Shown: in pieces, positions 59,368 through 64,000 of the stretch
Layout: each line of letters begins with the position of its first letter
Numbering within the stretch: position 1 is the stretch's first letter
From: an uncultured Actinomycetes bacterium
GTDB lineage: Bacteria > Actinomycetota > Thermoleophilia > UBA2241
DNA: 64,000 nucleotides
Reading direction: 5' to 3'
Assembly: GCA_963709345.1 (NCBI GenBank)
Contig: CAVPVX010000001.1
Location: 192,001 to 256,000, forward strand
Program-made: the position numbers and the translations under genes
The notes under the pieces: generated by a model
What the model was told of the DNA's origin: nothing
Database searches by the model: none
Seen by the model: the letters and a program-made list of their open reading frames with translations, nothing else

Positions 59368-60416
59368 CTCGCAGTCTCTGCCCGCACCCTGATCAGCTCG
59401 GCCGTGATGCTTACGGCCAGCTCCGCGGGCGTCTCCGCCCCGATCGCGACGCCGATGGGCGTGTGCAGACGCTCCAGGTCGGTGGTCGAGAACCCGGCGT
59501 CGGTGAGGGCCTTGAGGATCTTGCCGCGCTTCGCCTTGCTGCCCATGAGACCTATGTAGCGCGCATCGCTGCGCAGCGCCTGCTCGACCACGGTGTAGTC
59601 GTGCTCGTGACCGCGCGTCACGACGACGACGTAGCTCCGCGGCCCAAGACCAACGTCGTCGAAGGCGTGCGCAAAGCCGTCGAGAGGCTGCACGCGCGTG
59701 GTGGACGGGAAGCGCTCGGCGGCCGCAAAGGCCGGCCGGTCGTCCACGACGACGACCTCGAAGCCCACGGCGGCGGCGGCCGGCGCGAGCGCGACGGCCA
59801 CGTGGCCCGCGCCACAGATCACGAGGATGCTCGGCGGCAGGATCGCCTCGACGGCGACCGACCTGCCGTCGGGCAGCTCGGCCACGCCGTGAACAGCCAA
59901 TTTCCCGGCGAGCTTACGCAGCAGTTCGGGTGCGCAGGGCAGGTCGCCGACCGCCGTCCCGTCTTCCAAGAGCACGACGTACCCGACATCGACCACCTCG
60001 ACCGTGTCTTTCGCGAGGTGGAAGAACGTGTAGAGCCAGGTCGGCCGTCCGTCGTCGCGAGCCTGCTGCAACGCCCGAAGCGCATCCAGCAGGCGTTCGT
60101 CCCCGCCGGGAACACACGCCATCAGCATCTCCGCACGGCCACCGCAGAGCATGGCTGCGTCGGCGACGGACCGGCCCTCGAGAGCGATCGAGCTGACCCG
60201 GGAGCGACCGCGTCTGAGGGCCTCGCCGGCGCCGCGGATCATGGTCGCCTCAAGAAGCCCGCCTCCGATCGTCCCCGCGACGGAGCCGTCGCCGCGCACC
60301 AGCATCTGCGTGCCTGCGGCTCGCGGCGTTGAGCCGTGTTGCGCCACGATGCTCACGAGGACGAACGGCTCCCCCGACACCAGCATGTCGAGAGTCTCGC
60401 TCAGGATCTCGCGCAT
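59364..60416 (-). CDS. xdhC: XdhC family molybdenum-hydroxylase maturation factor
   Basis: GSTPRAAG, GTIGGGLLE, LCGG, GAGHVA, TRGHEHD, YIGLMGS, PIG..IGAETPAELAVSI. Confidence 0.9.
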   Translation of the reverse strand: MREILSETLDMLVSGEPFVLVSIVAQHGSTPRAAGTQMLVRGDGSVAGTIGGGLLEATMIRGAGEALRRGRSRVSSIALEGRSVADAAMLCGGRAEMLMACVPGGDERLLDALRALQQARDDGRPTWLYTFFHLAKDTVEVVDVGYVVLLEDGTAVGDLPCAPELLRKLAGKLAVHGVAELPDGRSVAVEAILPPSILVICGAGHVAVALAPAAAAVGFEVVVVDDRPAFAAAERFPSTTRVQPLDGFAHAFDDVGLGPRSYVVVVTRGHEHDYTVVEQALRSDARYIGLMGSKAKRGKILKALTDAGFSTTDLERLHTPIGVAIGAETPAELAVSITAELIRVRAETAR

Positions 60417-60417
60417 C

Positions 60418-61847
60418 TCACCCCTCGTCTGCGTCCGTGGCCGGCAACTCGACCGTGAACACGGCGCCCCCGTCCGGTGCGCCGCCGGCACTGATCGACC
60501 CGCCCTGCGCCTCCACGAGTGCCCGGCAGATGGCGAGGCCCAGACCGGCGCCCGGGGTGCCGCGGGCGCCCTGGCCGCGATAGAAGCGGTCGAAGACGAA
60601 GGGCAGATCCACCGCGGCGATCCCAGGCCCGTCGTCGACGACCGTGAGCAGCGCACGAGCGCCCTCCGGGCCGTCGGCGCCGGCCACCGACAGTCTCACG
60701 TGCCCGCCTGCAGACGTGAACTTGAGCGCATTGTCGAGCAGGTTGACGACGACTTGCAGCATCCGGTCCCTGTCGGCGACCACGACGACGGCCCTCAGAT
60801 CCGACTCGAGCGAGACCCCCTTGGCGGTGTACGCCGGCTGAACCCGGTCGGCCGCAGCGCCGGCCAACTCGTCGAGGTGCACGCGCTCGTGCTCGATGCT
60901 CAGGTCTTCGCTCTCGAGCTCATTGAGACTGCGCAGAGCGCCGAGCAAACGCCCGAGGCGTTCGACCTCCTCGCCGATCACGCGCAGGTTCTCGGGCGTC
61001 GCCGGCAGGACGCCGTCCTCGAGCGCCTCGACCCGCGATTGGATCGTGGCCAGCGGCGTGCGCAGCTCGTGCGAGAGGTCGCTGGTCATGTCGCGCCTCC
61101 ACTGCTCGTCGCGCGCCAGCCTGTCGGCCATCGCGTTGAACGCTCGCGCCAGAGCCCCGACCTCGTCGTCGCCGCGGGGCGCGACCCGGACCTCGAAGTC
61201 GCCGCCGGCGACGTCGCCGGCGGCGTCGGTCAGGTCCTCGAGCGGACCCGTGATCCGACGACTCACCAGCAGGCTCACCAAGAGCGCGAGCGCCGCGGCG
61301 ATGACCGCCGCGATCGCGAGGTTCCTGGTGAGCGCGCTCTGGTACGCCGACTCGGCGCCCGCTCGGGCGCTCCTCGGCGCGTACACCTCGGCCGTCGCCA
61401 CCTGCTCGCCCTCGACGGTGACCGGGAAGCTCTCCACGATGAAGTCGGCGCCGCTGAGCGACGTCGCCTGCGGCGCCGGCGAACCGAACCCACCGGCTCC
61501 GGCGCCCTGACCCCCTCCCGAGCCACCGCCCATCATGCCCTTGCCCATGTGCCGCCCCTCAACGGTGAAGAGCAGTTGGCCCCTCGGCGAGTACACGGCG
61601 ACGTCGACGTTGTTCAGCGTCGCCACGCGGCTGAGCGCGTAGATCGCGGTGGCGTCCCAGCCGTCGGGCTCGCTGTACGTCTCGGTCAGAGTCCGGACCA
61701 CGGCCTCGTTGCGGGCGCGTTGCACCTCGTTCAGGTAGCTGTCGAACCGTCGCGACCCGGCATAGGTGACGATGAGAGCCACGACGACGATGGCCAGCAC
61801 AGCCACCGCGAGGTGGGTGATCGCCAGCCTCAGGCGGAGCCCGCGTC

Positions 61848-61851
<4 letters not shown>
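60418..61851 (-). CDS. Sensor histidine kinase (HAMP-HisKA-HATPase)
   Basis: Two TM segments, HAMP, SHELRTPL, NLLDNALKF, DDGPGI, GLGLAI. Confidence 0.93.
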
Positions 61852-62552
<701 letters not shown>

Positions 62553-62643
62553 CATCACATCATACCCGCACACCCCGGGGCGGGCTCCCGGAGCGCGGTG
62601 ACCTCATCTGATAGGATGCACGGCACGCCCAAGGAGGTCTCCC

Positions 62644-64000
62644 CTGCCCAACCTCAAGGTGTATCGAGTCGCCTGGGTCGTCGCGGTGGTCCTCGTCGTG
62701 GTCTCCCTCTTCGCACTGCGCAGCCCAGACACCCCCAAGCTCAGCCCGGAGCCACCGTCGTTCGACGGGGCCGCCGCGACCGCCGATCTCAAGGCCATCG
62801 TCGAGCAGTTCCCCCAGCGAGTCGCGGGCAGCGACCCGGACAATCGCGCCGGGATCTGGGTGGAGCAGCAATTCCGGCAGGCCGGCCTCGAGACGCACAT
62901 CGAGGGCTACGCGGCCAAGGTGAACGGCGAGGACGTAGCCCTGCAGAACGTGTGGGCCATCTCCAAGGGGCGCACGCAGGGGACGATCATGCTCGTCGCG
63001 AACCGCGATGTCTCTCAGCTGGCGACGCAGGGCGCCGGCGACAACGCCTCCGGGGTCGCGGCGCTGCTCGAGCTGGCGCGAGCCTTCACGGTCACGGCGC
63101 ACGAACACAGCATCATCTTTCTGTGCACCACCGGCGACGCATACGGGGCGCTCGGCGCGCGGCGCTTCGTCGAGGACCACGAGACCGACGACCTCTACGC
63201 CGTCATCGCCCTGCGAGACATCGCCAAGCGCGAGGTCGATGGCGTCGGGCTCGACGGCTGGAGCCCCAAGCCCAGAGCGGCGCCTCCTTGGCTGTGGCTG
63301 CTCACGGCGCCCGCCGCGAAGCGCGACTCCAATCTGGATGCGTCGCTGCCCACCGTAGCCGCCCAGGTCCTGCGTCTCGCGGTTCCCATCAGCTCCGGGA
63401 GCCAGGGCCCGTTCGTCGCCGCCGGCGTGCCGGCCGATCACGGTCTCCGCCGCCGGACCATCCGTCAGCGCACAGAACGACACCCTCGACAACGTCTCCG
63501 CCGAGACGCTCACGAAGATCGGCACGACAGTACAGAACATGGTGATGGCGCTCGACGGCACCACATCCCCAGGGCAGGGCAGCGGCGGCGCCATCTTCTT
63601 GACCCGCAGGGCGACGCTGCCCGGCGGCGCGCTCGCGGCGATCCTCGCTGCGCTGCTGCTGCCGCTCGTCGCCGTGACCGTCGACCTCTTCGCCCACTGT
63701 CGCCGCGCCCGCATCGCACTGCGCCCGGCCCTCGTGCGCGCAGCACTGCATCTGGCCCCATGGCTTGTTCTCATCGTCATCGTGTACTTCGCGAACCTCA
63801 TCGGCCAGTTGCCACGGAGCCCCGACGCGGTGATCCCGCCGGAGTCGCGGCTCGTGGAGAACCCGCGCTATCTGCGGGTGGTGATCCTCATGGCACTCAT
63901 GCTTCTCGCGTACGCGTACGCGGTCGCCGTCGAGCGGCGCGTCGAGCGGCGAGTGCTCACCGACCGGCGCGCAACCATCTTCGTATCCCACCTGTTTCTG
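62644..64000 (+). CDS. M28-peptidase-fold membrane protein, frameshift ~63436, runs off right edge
   Basis: SD AAGGAGGT (start CTG 62644 or GTG 62659), N-terminal TM, RVAGS, QNVWA, GAGDNASGVAALLELAR. Continues in the +1 frame as DTLDNVSAETLTKIG plus TM helices. Confidence 0.7.
   Translation, partial: MPNLKVYRVAWVVAVVLVVVSLFALRSPDTPKLSPEPPSFDGAAATADLKAIVEQFPQRVAGSDPDNRAGIWVEQQFRQAGLETHIEGYAAKVNGEDVALQNVWAISKGRTQGTIMLVANRDVSQLATQGAGDNASGVAALLELARAFTVTAHEHSIIFLCTTGDAYGALGARRFVEDHETDDLYAVIALRDIAKREVDGVGLDGWSPKPRAAPPWLWLLTAPAAKRDSNLDASLPTVAAQVLRLAVPISSGSQGPFVAAGVPADHGLRRRTIRQRTERHPRQRLRRDAHEDRHDSTEHGDGARRHHIPRAGQRRRHLLDPQGDAARRRARGDPRCAAAAARRRDRRPLRPLSPRPHRTAPGPRARSTASGPMACSHRHRVLREPHRPVATEPRRGDPAGVAARGEPALSAGGDPHGTHASRVRVRGRRRAARRAASAHRPARNHLRIPPVS

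Overview
High-GC bacterial chromosomal window, probably an actinomycete; Thermoleophilia-like is only an inference from gene content and frequent leaderless genes. No CRISPR array or rRNA was seen. Four blocks: (1) 1-6.4 kb: ABC exporter, REC-PAS-HATPase protein and a stand-alone lysine-ketoglutarate reductase-type enzyme. (2) 6.4-16.6 kb: a decayed integration hotspot around tRNA-Ile(GAT) and two duplicated atypical tRNA-Ala(CGC) copies. It has shared TGCAAC-type repeats, an integrase remnant with Tyr->Phe at the catalytic site, and many gene fragments. (3) 16.6-50.6 kb: DUF151, chorismate mutase, rtcB-archease, thrB and dedA, then a ~29 kb surface-glycan locus (DegT, Wzx, Wzy/TuaE-like, Wzz, four GT4, three ATP-grasp ligases, two hexapeptide acyltransferases, two deacetylases, SGNH-like + MBOAT). 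Embedded in it is a LysR-TauE-ComA-histidine phosphatase sulfonate module. This is the best candidate for an undescribed system (a sulfolactate/amide-decorated glycan, inferred). (4) 50.6-64 kb: nitrilase and ureohydrolase, REC-EAL, trpB2 with an unannotated Trp-rich leader peptide, a two-component/XdhC/MocA-HD/HAD operon and a partial M28-fold membrane protein. All family calls come from motif recognition by eye; no database searches were run.
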